Positions 18,754 to 27,704 of a stretch of 64,000 nt of DNA are shown in pieces. The DNA is taken from the IMG/VR virus record IMGVR_UViG_3300045988_129927; one strand, written 5' to 3'. Under the pieces are notes generated by a model. It saw only the letters and a program-made list of their open reading frames with translations, had not been told where the DNA came from and did no database searches. The number at the start of each line of letters is the position of its first letter. Position 1 is the stretch's first letter. Both the position numbers and the translations under genes were made by a program. Source of the stretch: a virus.

Positions 18754-19191
18754 TTAAGTGGTGTTCAAGTAACTGATTCGCATAGTCGGGATTAAATCTT
18801 TCTCATTTGACGAAATAGAAGCAAAGAACTTTGTCTTATCGTCAAAAATTACTTGGTTAAAAATAGGTGTAGTTACGCCAATTAAAATATCTACAGCCGT
18901 ATCGATTTCAGATAGTGAGAGACCCATATTGACTAACACATCTGCAAAGTCAGTATAAGCATTACTATCTTTATCTAAAAAAACTTCATCGAATAATCTA
19001 GGTACAAACTCTCTAATTAAACTATCTAAAGATTCGTACCCTAATTCTCTTAAAAAAAAAGAACCTTGCTTAAGTTCTCTATTAGAAAGAGAACGGTGTA
19101 AGTGTAAGTATAAGTCCATTACAGAGACGTCTACTACACCTACTACCGTATTCTTTTCAAATGAATCCAGATAAGGGATATCGGTTTTCAT
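18754..19191 (-). CDS. hypothetical protein (145 aa)
   Basis: ORF in the same-strand gene string. Confidence 0.75.
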   Translation of the reverse strand: MKTDIPYLDSFEKNTVVGVVDVSVMDLYLHLHRSLSNRELKQGSFFLRELGYESLDSLIREFVPRLFDEVFLDKDSNAYTDFADVLVNMGLSLSEIDTAVDILIGVTTPIFNQVIFDDKTKFFASISSNEKDLIPTMRISYLNTT

Positions 19192-19212
19192 TTCCTTCTC
19201 GTTTTGAAATAG

Positions 19213-20133
19213 TTACATTAAAGTTAAAAGTAAGCTCTCGTATTTAACTAAGCATTCTTTCTTTGTCATCTCTAAATAACTATCCAAAATATTTAAAGTA
19301 ATCGGTTGTGGCATGGCTGAAATCATACTAGTATTAGAAGCATTAAATGAATCATCTTGACCGACGCTAGTCGCTCTGTCTACATTCATCATCTTCATGA
19401 GTTCCCATTCCACAATACGGAAGTCACCGTAATTAATTACCAAAAGATACCCACGATAGTGCATACACTGACACAATAAACGTGGTGTCTTATCTTTAAG
19501 AATGGCGACGAAATCATTAATATCATCAATAATTTCCATAAGTAATCTATATACAGGATGTGTATTTAAACCAACTGGAATATTTAGACTAGAAATGATT
19601 TCTTTGACTTTAGAGAATTCAGCCATTACGGGTTGGAAATATTCTCGAATAATGTCTGTAATTAAACGATACTTGTTTGTCCCACCGTATTGTTCTGGTA
19701 GATGAGATGTTGTAACATGTTGACAAATCTTATTGATAATAGAAATACTACAATACCGATGGTTTGTAGCAATCGTAATATTACGGTTGTCTTTTTTACG
19801 ATGAATCAACTTATCTTTAATTCTACCATCAGTCAATTGGTAGACATTATTACGATAGAATTGATTAATCATTTGTTCATTTTGTTCAAAGACAACGACT
19901 TCATTATCTGATTCTAAATAATAAGATTTGCCTTCTTCTATTAGTTTCTCACCTGTAATAGGATTATAGAAACCATATCCACCATATGCTGTTCCACTGT
20001 GGATTTCATTACCATGATTAATCAGTAAAATATCCAATGCATCTAGGATATGGGAAATATTGTGTACTGAAACAGTAGGACTAACATCAATGTAATGCCC
20101 ATTTTCTTCCAGTAATTGTTTTTCAAAATCCAT
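19213..20133 (-). CDS. hypothetical protein (306 aa)
   Basis: ORF in the same-strand gene string. Confidence 0.8.
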   Translation of the reverse strand: MDFEKQLLEENGHYIDVSPTVSVHNISHILDALDILLINHGNEIHSGTAYGGYGFYNPITGEKLIEEGKSYYLESDNEVVVFEQNEQMINQFYRNNVYQLTDGRIKDKLIHRKKDNRNITIATNHRYCSISIINKICQHVTTSHLPEQYGGTNKYRLITDIIREYFQPVMAEFSKVKEIISSLNIPVGLNTHPVYRLLMEIIDDINDFVAILKDKTPRLLCQCMHYRGYLLVINYGDFRIVEWELMKMMNVDRATSVGQDDSFNASNTSMISAMPQPITLNILDSYLEMTKKECLVKYESLLLTLM

Positions 20134-20144
20134 TGTTCTCTCGC

Positions 20145-20822
20145 TTAGTGAGCAAATATAATACTAAGATAGATTGGGTCTATCACGAAGGTAATAGGAA
20201 TAACCAATCCGTTTTTATCGATGTTTCTTTCATCTAAGAAATACGTAGATGTATCAGACATTTCATAAGCATCATTCAGTGCTTTAATGGTTTCTGGAAA
20301 TACTTCTTCCAGAGTATTGGTGAGTGCCAATTCTTCTAAACCACCTAATGTAACTTTATAGCTGATTTCATCTTTTTCATCTTCTTGATAATGCTTAATC
20401 TCATCCATTAGTTTATTGGCATTAAGTGGATATCGACCTAAGTTATTAAATACCCACATTTGGCGGTATTTAGTTAACCAATAACCAACAATCATTTCCA
20501 AAACTTTAAGATAATTCCACCGACTAAGGTAGATATCTAGTTTCAATAATTCTTCATGGTAAACATGATTAATACCCAGATTAGTAAACCAATTAACAGA
20601 AGTTAGTTTATATTGGTGGTCTTTAATATTAGAAGCAATAGCAGCAATAACTTCATTCTTTCTTGCTTCTTTAGGTTCAGTATTAAGTCCTGCTTTTTTC
20701 AAATCTTCTTCAAATCCTTCTGGATAATCTAATAGTACAGTAGCATATTGCATAATACGTTTGACTTCTTCCAATGGATTTGGCCATTTAATAATTTCTT
20801 GGGAGGGTAAAATATCGGACAT
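20145..20822 (-). CDS. hypothetical protein (225 aa)
   Basis: ORF; first gene of a minus-strand string, beside a divergent promoter region. Confidence 0.8.
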   Translation of the reverse strand: MSDILPSQEIIKWPNPLEEVKRIMQYATVLLDYPEGFEEDLKKAGLNTEPKEARKNEVIAAIASNIKDHQYKLTSVNWFTNLGINHVYHEELLKLDIYLSRWNYLKVLEMIVGYWLTKYRQMWVFNNLGRYPLNANKLMDEIKHYQEDEKDEISYKVTLGGLEELALTNTLEEVFPETIKALNDAYEMSDTSTYFLDERNIDKNGLVIPITFVIDPIYLSIIFAH

Positions 20823-20970
20823 TCTATTTCCTTTTTATAAATAATTACTCTTCATAATTTTCTTTTCCCGTAAATATTTCTACGAAAAAACCGTCTTCAA
20901 GTTAATAATATATACGAGAATAAAAATAGAGTAACGTATGAATATTACACAGTTTTATAAGGAGTTTGTG

Positions 20971-21786
20971 ATGAGTATGTTATCACTTTCAATTAACAAT
21001 ATCTATAATGAAATACCTGATGAGATTATCGAAGAGGCATTTGTTATTCCTTTTCGTAAAAATAGATTTGCACCTGTTAGTGCAGATGCAATGATTATAC
21101 AGGAAGTTATCAATAAACGAGTTATGCCTGACTTGAATATTGAGTATGCTACCAAACTTAATGTCCCTATGCGTGACTGTAAAGTAGAAATGGTCACACC
21201 TACAGACTGGATTGTTACTGTTCCTGATGAAGTAACCAATAATCGAAAAATCATTACTGTTTTGGGTGTTAACCTATTAGACTTATATGCAGAAACAGGC
21301 GGTATTGGTACAGGTGGTTTAAGTATGCCTACTTCTAGTGGTGGTGCTATCTTAACAGGTGCACAAAAGATGGCAAACAATACTGCTGGTATACCTCTGA
21401 ACTACGAAGTTAAAGTAGACATGATTTCAGGTAACTCTTTTAGAATCAGACGTACCAGTTATATTACTACAAACTGTTATATTGAGTTAATTATTGAAAA
21501 TGACCCTCAGTTAAATAATATTCCTATTACTGCTGCTGACTATATTAAGAAATTAGTATTGTTAGCTACTAAGGCTTATATTTACCGTAAGTTAAAAATC
21601 AGAATTGGTCAAGCTAAACTAGACGGTGGTGCAGAACTGGGTGAATTTATGCAATTTATTGATAGCTATGCTGACGCTAATGAATTGTATTTGGAAGAAT
21701 TAAAATATGCTTCTCGTATCCAGTGGTTGGGTAATGAGGAAATGAAATATGACTTCATGCAAATGTTAGTCCCTAATAATATTTAA
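20971..21786 (+). CDS. hypothetical protein (about 271 aa)
   Basis: The track ORF starts at 20938, but ATG 20971 has an AAGGAG SD 6 nt upstream, so I prefer the shorter form. Confidence 0.7.
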   Translation: MSMLSLSINNIYNEIPDEIIEEAFVIPFRKNRFAPVSADAMIIQEVINKRVMPDLNIEYATKLNVPMRDCKVEMVTPTDWIVTVPDEVTNNRKIITVLGVNLLDLYAETGGIGTGGLSMPTSSGGAILTGAQKMANNTAGIPLNYEVKVDMISGNSFRIRRTSYITTNCYIELIIENDPQLNNIPITAADYIKKLVLLATKAYIYRKLKIRIGQAKLDGGAELGEFMQFIDSYADANELYLEELKYASRIQWLGNEEMKYDFMQMLVPNNI

Positions 21787-21798
21787 AAGGAATTTGAA

Positions 21799-22395
21799 AT
21801 GTCCATTCATGTATTTGGTAAAATGAAATATATCGGTGATTTGAGTTTAGAAAGCATTAACTCCGATATTGAAAAAAATAATTACGATGTACCTGTCTAC
21901 GGTGATTTTGCAACATCTGTGGCTAAGAAGCTAAATGACATGTATGCAAAAGACGGTAAAGAGGAAATGGTAGAATCATTAGGTCGTGATTTAGATGGTA
22001 GTTCTGCTGATTTTAACTATAAACTAGGTCGCAATGATGTAGTTACTGGTATTGCTGATACACCTGCTTTTGTACAAGATACGCATTTGTCTGTTGAGAG
22101 TGTCAATCCAATGGGTATCGGTATTTACAACATTATCCACGAAGTAGCTGGTTTAGCTAAAGGCGTACCACATCCTGTTATCTTTACCATGGAACACCAT
22201 TTGGTAAAAGATGAAGATATAGAATTAATTAAAGACTTGATTGTACGTGGTAATAAACATGTTATTTTGATTCTGTTTATTCATGGTAATCTTGGTGTAG
22301 ACCAAGTGAAGATTAATGCACCTGCTCTTTACGAACTTATGGAATCTACCAACCATCTAACTGTATTCTTAACTTACAAAGTAGATAAAAAATAA
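21799..22395 (+). CDS. hypothetical protein (198 aa)
   Basis: ORF with an AAAGGAAT SD. Confidence 0.8.
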   Translation: MSIHVFGKMKYIGDLSLESINSDIEKNNYDVPVYGDFATSVAKKLNDMYAKDGKEEMVESLGRDLDGSSADFNYKLGRNDVVTGIADTPAFVQDTHLSVESVNPMGIGIYNIIHEVAGLAKGVPHPVIFTMEHHLVKDEDIELIKDLIVRGNKHVILILFIHGNLGVDQVKINAPALYELMESTNHLTVFLTYKVDKK

Positions 22396-22410
22396 AAGAT
22401 TAAAAGATAG

Positions 22411-22442
22411 CTATAGTAGAGAGGATATCCTCTCTACTATAG
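22411..22442. terminator. bidirectional terminator, 32-nt perfect palindrome
   Basis: ctatagtagagaggatatcctctctactatag, between convergent genes. Confidence 0.65.
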
Positions 22443-22448
22443 TGTCTA

Positions 22449-23225
22449 TCAATTAACATACTTTTTATCTTTTCCGTTATATAGTTTATCTTTAACGTAT
22501 GTTTGCCAGTGTACAATTTCAAAATCAATGAATGTTTGATTATACAGTTTATATCCTGGATTATCTATACATTCTTCATCTGAAACTTCAGGTACGTTAA
22601 GATAGTTGTCTATAACTATATTGTGTTCTTCATTTTCTTCACATATCCATTGAACAGGTTCTTGTGGTAACATGTAGAAATACGTATTAGATGCTGTTGC
22701 TAACAATGATTTATCGTAAGCCAATGGTAAAGTAAGGAATACAAAGCCATATCTTGTATTACGTTCCTCGTCTTTAACAACGATTACACGTCTACAAAAG
22801 TCTAAGACTTTTAATTCCTTACCATTACTGTACTCTTCAGATAGGTGATAGAAATTGGATTTAACAGAATGCATCCATCTAGCATACGTTATATTGACGT
22901 GTTCTGTTTTCCAATTAATGGTTTCACCACCTGATAATTTGTTTAACAATGTATCTATTGTTTGTTTTTCAAATGAAAACAACGTGCGTGAATAAGCTAT
23001 AGACATCATTCCTAATGGGAAGTAATACTTAGTAATATTAAGCTTACCTTCATTTTCGTAGTCTATCACTCGAACATCTTTTCCTCTTTTGGTAAAAGCT
23101 TCAAGTGATTCGACCATTACGTTTTCAATATCGATAAGATGTCTATCTAGTTTGATGACTTCTTCTACTTCTTGGTTTTCACTAGATGTAAAAGTATATT
23201 TCTCCGTTTTATTCATCATAAGCAC
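22449..23225 (-). CDS. hypothetical protein (about 258 aa)
   Basis: ORF abutting the upstream gene; exact start uncertain (GTG 23225 or ATG 23219). Confidence 0.75.
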   Translation of the reverse strand: MLMMNKTEKYTFTSSENQEVEEVIKLDRHLIDIENVMVESLEAFTKRGKDVRVIDYENEGKLNITKYYFPLGMMSIAYSRTLFSFEKQTIDTLLNKLSGGETINWKTEHVNITYARWMHSVKSNFYHLSEEYSNGKELKVLDFCRRVIVVKDEERNTRYGFVFLTLPLAYDKSLLATASNTYFYMLPQEPVQWICEENEEHNIVIDNYLNVPEVSDEECIDNPGYKLYNQTFIDFEIVHWQTYVKDKLYNGKDKKYVN

Positions 23226-23226
23226 C

Positions 23227-23934
23227 TTATAGGATGTATTCTGAAATTGAAGAAATCGATACCTTATTTAACAATCGTTTCATTTTATTACCTAAGCGTT
23301 TACCACATTTGCTGGTAATAAACTCAATTGATTCTTTGGTAAGATAACAATTACTAAAACAATGATTGATTGCTTCTTTAAATGCTAGGTTTACCTCACG
23401 TTGTCCCAATGGTGAATCCAAGCCCTCAGCTACGCAGTAAACACTGATAGAGGAAATAATAATCAAGAGATTTTCTTCATCTTCATTCAGTGGTTTCTTA
23501 CGTGCGTTAAGATTATTAATCTCACGGTCAAGGGTTTCATTCAAAAGACCTTGGAAGATATCCAGAATCTTAGAGTCTTGCCAAGAAGAGGAACTGGATT
23601 CTTCTTTCAAGAAAATACGGATAATAAACAAAGTAGAAACTACCCAGTCTTTGGTAGTTACTTTGATTTTATCATCGCTAATTAATTCTGAGTAATCTGT
23701 ATCTAACAAAAAAGTAGGAAGATATTCCTTATTTTTGTATTCTTCTACAAATTTACTGAATCGATTGGACAACTCGTCTAATCGGTTATGGTATAATACG
23801 TAAAATGATGTATTCATCACTTTAATAATATCGGTGATGACACTATTTTCAATGTAAATATCTCGATAAAGTGTATCACTGGTTTTAGCAATGTACTCTT
23901 TAAACAAAGACATTAACTCTTGCTGCTTATTCAT
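23227..23934 (-). CDS. hypothetical protein (235 aa)
   Basis: ORF with AAAAGGAAACTAACATG start context. Confidence 0.8.
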   Translation of the reverse strand: MNKQQELMSLFKEYIAKTSDTLYRDIYIENSVITDIIKVMNTSFYVLYHNRLDELSNRFSKFVEEYKNKEYLPTFLLDTDYSELISDDKIKVTTKDWVVSTLFIIRIFLKEESSSSSWQDSKILDIFQGLLNETLDREINNLNARKKPLNEDEENLLIIISSISVYCVAEGLDSPLGQREVNLAFKEAINHCFSNCYLTKESIEFITSKCGKRLGNKMKRLLNKVSISSISEYIL

Positions 23935-23980
23935 GTTAGTTTCCTTTTATAAAAAAGAGAGGATCGCTCCTCTCTTTTAA

Positions 23981-24799
23981 TTAAGACTTAGATTCTTCCA
24001 ACTCTTCAATAGCTTTAAGAAGAGAAGTAAGTTTATCTTTAATCTTTTCTAAGTTAGTTACTTTAGCTTCAGCTTTAGTCAGTTTAACAGATTGAGTATC
24101 AAACTGGTTTTTGGTTTGAGTGAGAAGGAAATTTAATTTAACATTTTCTTCTTGCAACTCATTCACTTTGTCATTGACATCGGTTTTTGATTTGTAAATT
24201 GGATTTACAATTTCAGCTTCTGGGAGTACAGAACTGATGTTAACACCAATTACGCTACAAACAGCGTATGCGATATCAAGTACAACAACTGCATCGTTAC
24301 CACCTTCTGCTTTCTTGTTCATTTTTAATACATTGAACAAGTAGTGTGGAAGAACACCCATTTCACGTGCAACTTTAGCGATTGTATAACCTTTATCGTA
24401 AATCAAATTACGCAGGTTAATGCGAAGCTCATTGTTGTATTTACGGAACTTAGAAGTATCCGTTTTGAATGAACGTGGTTTACGTTGCTTTTTAGGTTTA
24501 GCTTCTACTGGTTTTGCTTTCACTTCTGTTTTAACAGGTGCTTTTACAGGAGTTTTAGCTACTGCTTTACTAACTGTTTTAGCAGTAGCCTTAACAGTAG
24601 GAGTACTTGCAGGTTTTGTAGCTGGTTTTACTGCTTTTGGTTTAGCAGTACGTGGTGTACGTGTAGTTTTAGCTGGAGTTTTAACAGCAGGCTTAGTAGT
24701 TACTTTAGCTGTTGTTTTAGGGGTAGTTTTAGGTTTAGCTACAGGTTCTTTTTTGCCTTTAGTTACTGCAGCTACAGTAGATTTAGTGAGTTTAGCCAT
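23981..24799 (-). CDS. histone-H1/AlgP-like Lys/Pro/Ala/Thr-rich protein with central HTH and C-terminal coiled coil (candidate DNA-binding protein)
   Basis: Start moved to MAKLTK, which has AAAGGAAACTTTAAAATG context. About 110 aa are KP/KT/AK-rich low complexity. YTIAKVAREMGVLPHYLFNVL looks like a helix-turn-helix. A heptad-like C-terminus follows. Codon bias is strong. Confidence 0.55.
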   Translation of the reverse strand: MAKLTKSTVAAVTKGKKEPVAKPKTTPKTTAKVTTKPAVKTPAKTTRTPRTAKPKAVKPATKPASTPTVKATAKTVSKAVAKTPVKAPVKTEVKAKPVEAKPKKQRKPRSFKTDTSKFRKYNNELRINLRNLIYDKGYTIAKVAREMGVLPHYLFNVLKMNKKAEGGNDAVVVLDIAYAVCSVIGVNISSVLPEAEIVNPIYKSKTDVNDKVNELQEENVKLNFLLTQTKNQFDTQSVKLTKAEAKVTNLEKIKDKLTSLLKAIEELEESKS

Positions 24800-24846
24800 T
24801 TTAAAGTTTCCTTTATATAAGAATGCAAACATTTTAATTAAAAAAT

Positions 24847-24878
24847 ATTCTAGGTAGGGTTTGCTTCCTACCTAGAAT
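24847..24878 (-). terminator. stem-loop terminator
   Basis: attctaggtagg / cctacctagaat, 12-bp stem with 8-nt loop. Confidence 0.6.
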
Positions 24879-24898
24879 ACAAGACAGATAAGTAATGA

Positions 24899-25396
24899 TT
24901 ACTTACCCAGTTTCTCTTCACCTTGGGCATACAGATGATCGCGAACTGCTGCCAGGTTAGCAGAAGAACGAGCTTTTACAGAACCTACTTCCAGCTTGGT
25001 ATCAAGACGACCATGTTTGGTAACAGGTTCAGCTTTCTCACCATTACGTGGAATAGGTGTGATTTCATAATCACGTGACACAGTGTGTTTCACTTTCACT
25101 TGCTTGGTCACACCGAATTCAGCAGTCAGGGCATCCAGAGATTTATCTTTCTTCATCTCTTTGATACCAGCTTCACCGGTAGCCAAGCCAGTACCTGCAG
25201 TAAACAGGCTCAAGGCGGTGAAGGTATTCTTGATTTGTTTTTCATCCAAACCAAGTTTTTCTTCTTCATTGATTACTGCCAGTGCACTTTCCATTGCATT
25301 GCCAGTGGTTTTCAATGTGCGAGTCTCTGCGTCGAATGAGAGGTGTTTTTCCGCTACTACGTCAGCGATTTTCTTTACAGTTTCATTAATAGCCAT
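24899..25396 (-). CDS. hypothetical protein (165 aa), probably abundant
   Basis: ORF with G+C-enriched codon usage (two antisense shadow ORFs) and AAAGGAAACCTTAAAATG start context. Confidence 0.8.
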   Translation of the reverse strand: MAINETVKKIADVVAEKHLSFDAETRTLKTTGNAMESALAVINEEEKLGLDEKQIKNTFTALSLFTAGTGLATGEAGIKEMKKDKSLDALTAEFGVTKQVKVKHTVSRDYEITPIPRNGEKAEPVTKHGRLDTKLEVGSVKARSSANLAAVRDHLYAQGEEKLGK

Positions 25397-25468
25397 TTTA
25401 AGGTTTCCTTTTTAAAGATTAAGTTTAAATAAAATACTGAAGGAAACAGGATTAGTCCCCTTCAGTAA

Positions 25469-25494
25469 AATAGTATAGGTTTGAAAATATTTTA
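25469..25494 (-). promoter_or_regulatory. conserved 26-mer (copy 1), promoter-like TATACTATT box read on the minus strand and followed by a stem-loop
   Basis: aatagtataggtttgaaaatatttta is identical to 27619..27644. A stem-loop (25435..25467) lies between it and the ATG at 25396. Confidence 0.4.
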
Positions 25495-25510
25495 TCTACT
25501 GCTTGATGGT

Positions 25511-27355
25511 TTAAGAAATATACTTAATAAAGTTTTTCTCACCATTTTGGTCAAAAGCGTAGTCTAAATAGTTGTGATTGTACTCCATATAGAGTTTACC
25601 ATTGACTTCTACCACATTACTAAAGCTAATCACATCTTCTACAATGCAATAGTGTAATGGGTTTTTAGTAGCATCAACAAATGCTTGCGCTTCTTCTTCT
25701 GTTTTGAATGCAATCACATAGAGTGAATCAAAACTCTGCGTAGCATTAAGGTCACGAATCACATTACTGTTATCAATACCATATTTTACAGCAGTTACTG
25801 GGTTAATAGTATAAACACAATAAAGACTAGTATCACGTTGGGTATCAGAAGGTTCAGTGTTATGTAATTCTACCGCTGGTACACTTTCCAAATAGAGGTC
25901 AGTTAAGATACTACCACCAAAACCTACGTACTCTTCGTGTAGTGAATCATGGAAGCGATACATTAAGTCTTCTCTGATGTCAGTTAACTTAGTACCTGGT
26001 TTCAATACTGGCAACATACGAATCAAATCAATGATTTTATCACTGTTTTGTTCTACCAGATTTTCAATCAGACAATGACAATGGATTGGTTCAAGAATAC
26101 CTGATACCATATCGTGTGTCATGCTGATATGTGGGACGAATTCTTTAACATATGGTTGGATAATATAGAATACATTACCACCACCTACTGGGTTAAGAAT
26201 TTCAGATTTAACCAAACCTTTTTCTTTTGGAAGCATTTTATAGACATGCTCTGTAACTCTACTAAATGCATCTGCAAAGTTACCTGGATTCATCTTGACA
26301 ATATCATTACCTTCTGTATCAGTTACTTCAACGACAAATACATCGTAGTCGGTATGGGTGTCATGTTTGACAGTGGATTTAAGAGATAGTTTCTTAGCGA
26401 CTTTGGCAGTCACATTACCTTCTGTAAATAAAACATCTTCTAAATCTTCACCTTCTAGATTTTCCATACCTACAGTGATGTAATTATCACCATTTGGGAA
26501 ATGACGCAAACTATCTGCTTCAACAGAGAAGATTTTAATTTCGTCGTTATACCAATAATTAGATTCCAATGTATCGATGTCTACTGGTACAATTGCCCAA
26601 TCTGGTTGAATCACTTCACCAGAAGCATTAACTTTTTCCATTAATTTCTGGAGATATTTGATAATACCAAAAGCATAATTGATGTCAGTATACAAAGACA
26701 CCATACCAGTATATTCAACCAAACTGATATCTTTTGCTTTACGCGTTGGATAGAAATCATAATCGCCTTTCATGAGTACGTAATCTGTTAAATCGTATTT
26801 AATAGGTTCCCATTCAGCTTTGTCATTGGTTAAGAAAATAGCATAAGCCAATGGGTGAGCAGACTTATAATCTACTGGACGGTCATACGTTTTTTGGTCA
26901 CGGAAGAGCGCTACTGGACGCAATGTTTTCGCATCAGCCAAATAATAGCTACTACGATCTTCTGAAAGCAAAGTAGTATAACCATTATCACTTACTACTT
27001 TGAATACTTTCTTCAAAATAGCATCGATAAACACATTTGGTTGATAGAGAGCATAAAGTTCTTTATACTTGTCTTTCAACTCTGTGTCTTTAGGATTAGC
27101 AATAGCCGCATTAATGGCACTGAAGATTGTAGAAATATCTACTTTAGCCACATCTTTATTTGTTTCTGCCAAATGACGGATGTTCTCTTCGTAGGTTTTA
27201 TTAACACCAGAACTATTAACGATATCAGTAGTAATGGTTTCTACGATTTCATTAAAGAGTTTTTCATGAACTGGATTAGGAGTTACTTTGGGTTGCTTTT
27301 GTTTATTTCCGTATTGCTCGATTTGTTTCATTTTAGATGGGTTAATTTGTTTCAT
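25511..27355 (-). CDS. hypothetical protein (614 aa)
   Basis: Long ORF with AAAGGAAATCAAAATG start context. Confidence 0.85.
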   Translation of the reverse strand: MKQINPSKMKQIEQYGNKQKQPKVTPNPVHEKLFNEIVETITTDIVNSSGVNKTYEENIRHLAETNKDVAKVDISTIFSAINAAIANPKDTELKDKYKELYALYQPNVFIDAILKKVFKVVSDNGYTTLLSEDRSSYYLADAKTLRPVALFRDQKTYDRPVDYKSAHPLAYAIFLTNDKAEWEPIKYDLTDYVLMKGDYDFYPTRKAKDISLVEYTGMVSLYTDINYAFGIIKYLQKLMEKVNASGEVIQPDWAIVPVDIDTLESNYWYNDEIKIFSVEADSLRHFPNGDNYITVGMENLEGEDLEDVLFTEGNVTAKVAKKLSLKSTVKHDTHTDYDVFVVEVTDTEGNDIVKMNPGNFADAFSRVTEHVYKMLPKEKGLVKSEILNPVGGGNVFYIIQPYVKEFVPHISMTHDMVSGILEPIHCHCLIENLVEQNSDKIIDLIRMLPVLKPGTKLTDIREDLMYRFHDSLHEEYVGFGGSILTDLYLESVPAVELHNTEPSDTQRDTSLYCVYTINPVTAVKYGIDNSNVIRDLNATQSFDSLYVIAFKTEEEAQAFVDATKNPLHYCIVEDVISFSNVVEVNGKLYMEYNHNYLDYAFDQNGEKNFIKYIS

Positions 27356-27429
27356 TTTGATTTCCTTTATTTAAAAAATAAGATTAAGATTACCCTATGG
27401 TTTTTCCATAGGGTAATCAGATAGCTAAA

Positions 27430-27558
27430 TTACTTTTTGTTTTGTTCAAAGAACTTTTTGTATTTCTCGTAATTTGTTGATACTTTATAAATACCAATAC
27501 ATGCGAGAAGTGAGAAAATAAATAATGCGATAACGATTGCAAAAATCAGTTTAATCAT
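27430..27558 (-). CDS. small single-pass membrane peptide (42 aa)
   Basis: MIKLIFAIVIALFIFSLLACIGIYKVSTNYEKYKKFFEQNKK; AAAGGAAATTAAAAATG start context; below the ORF-track size cutoff. Confidence 0.5.
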   Translation of the reverse strand: MIKLIFAIVIALFIFSLLACIGIYKVSTNYEKYKKFFEQNKK

Positions 27559-27618
27559 TTTTAATTTCCTTTATAAAAAGTTAATAAATAAGGTAGAAAG
27601 ATTCGACTCTTTCATGTG

Positions 27619-27644
27619 AATAGTATAGGTTTGAAAATATTTTA
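27619..27644 (-). promoter_or_regulatory. conserved 26-mer (copy 2) in a divergent intergenic region
   Basis: Identical to 25469..25494; a short stem-loop (27596..27613) lies between it and the ATG at 27558. Confidence 0.4.
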
Positions 27645-27704
27645 AAAAGTTATGAATGACTAATTTATTTTACTATTTAATACATTTAACATAAAGGACA
27701 GAAA

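Noticed and set aside
24420-25415. Plus-strand ORFs 24420..24857, 24485..24820, 25083..25415 and 25085..25339
   Set aside because: They are shadow ORFs antisense to the lysine-rich gene and to 24899..25396. They are low-complexity mirror translations.
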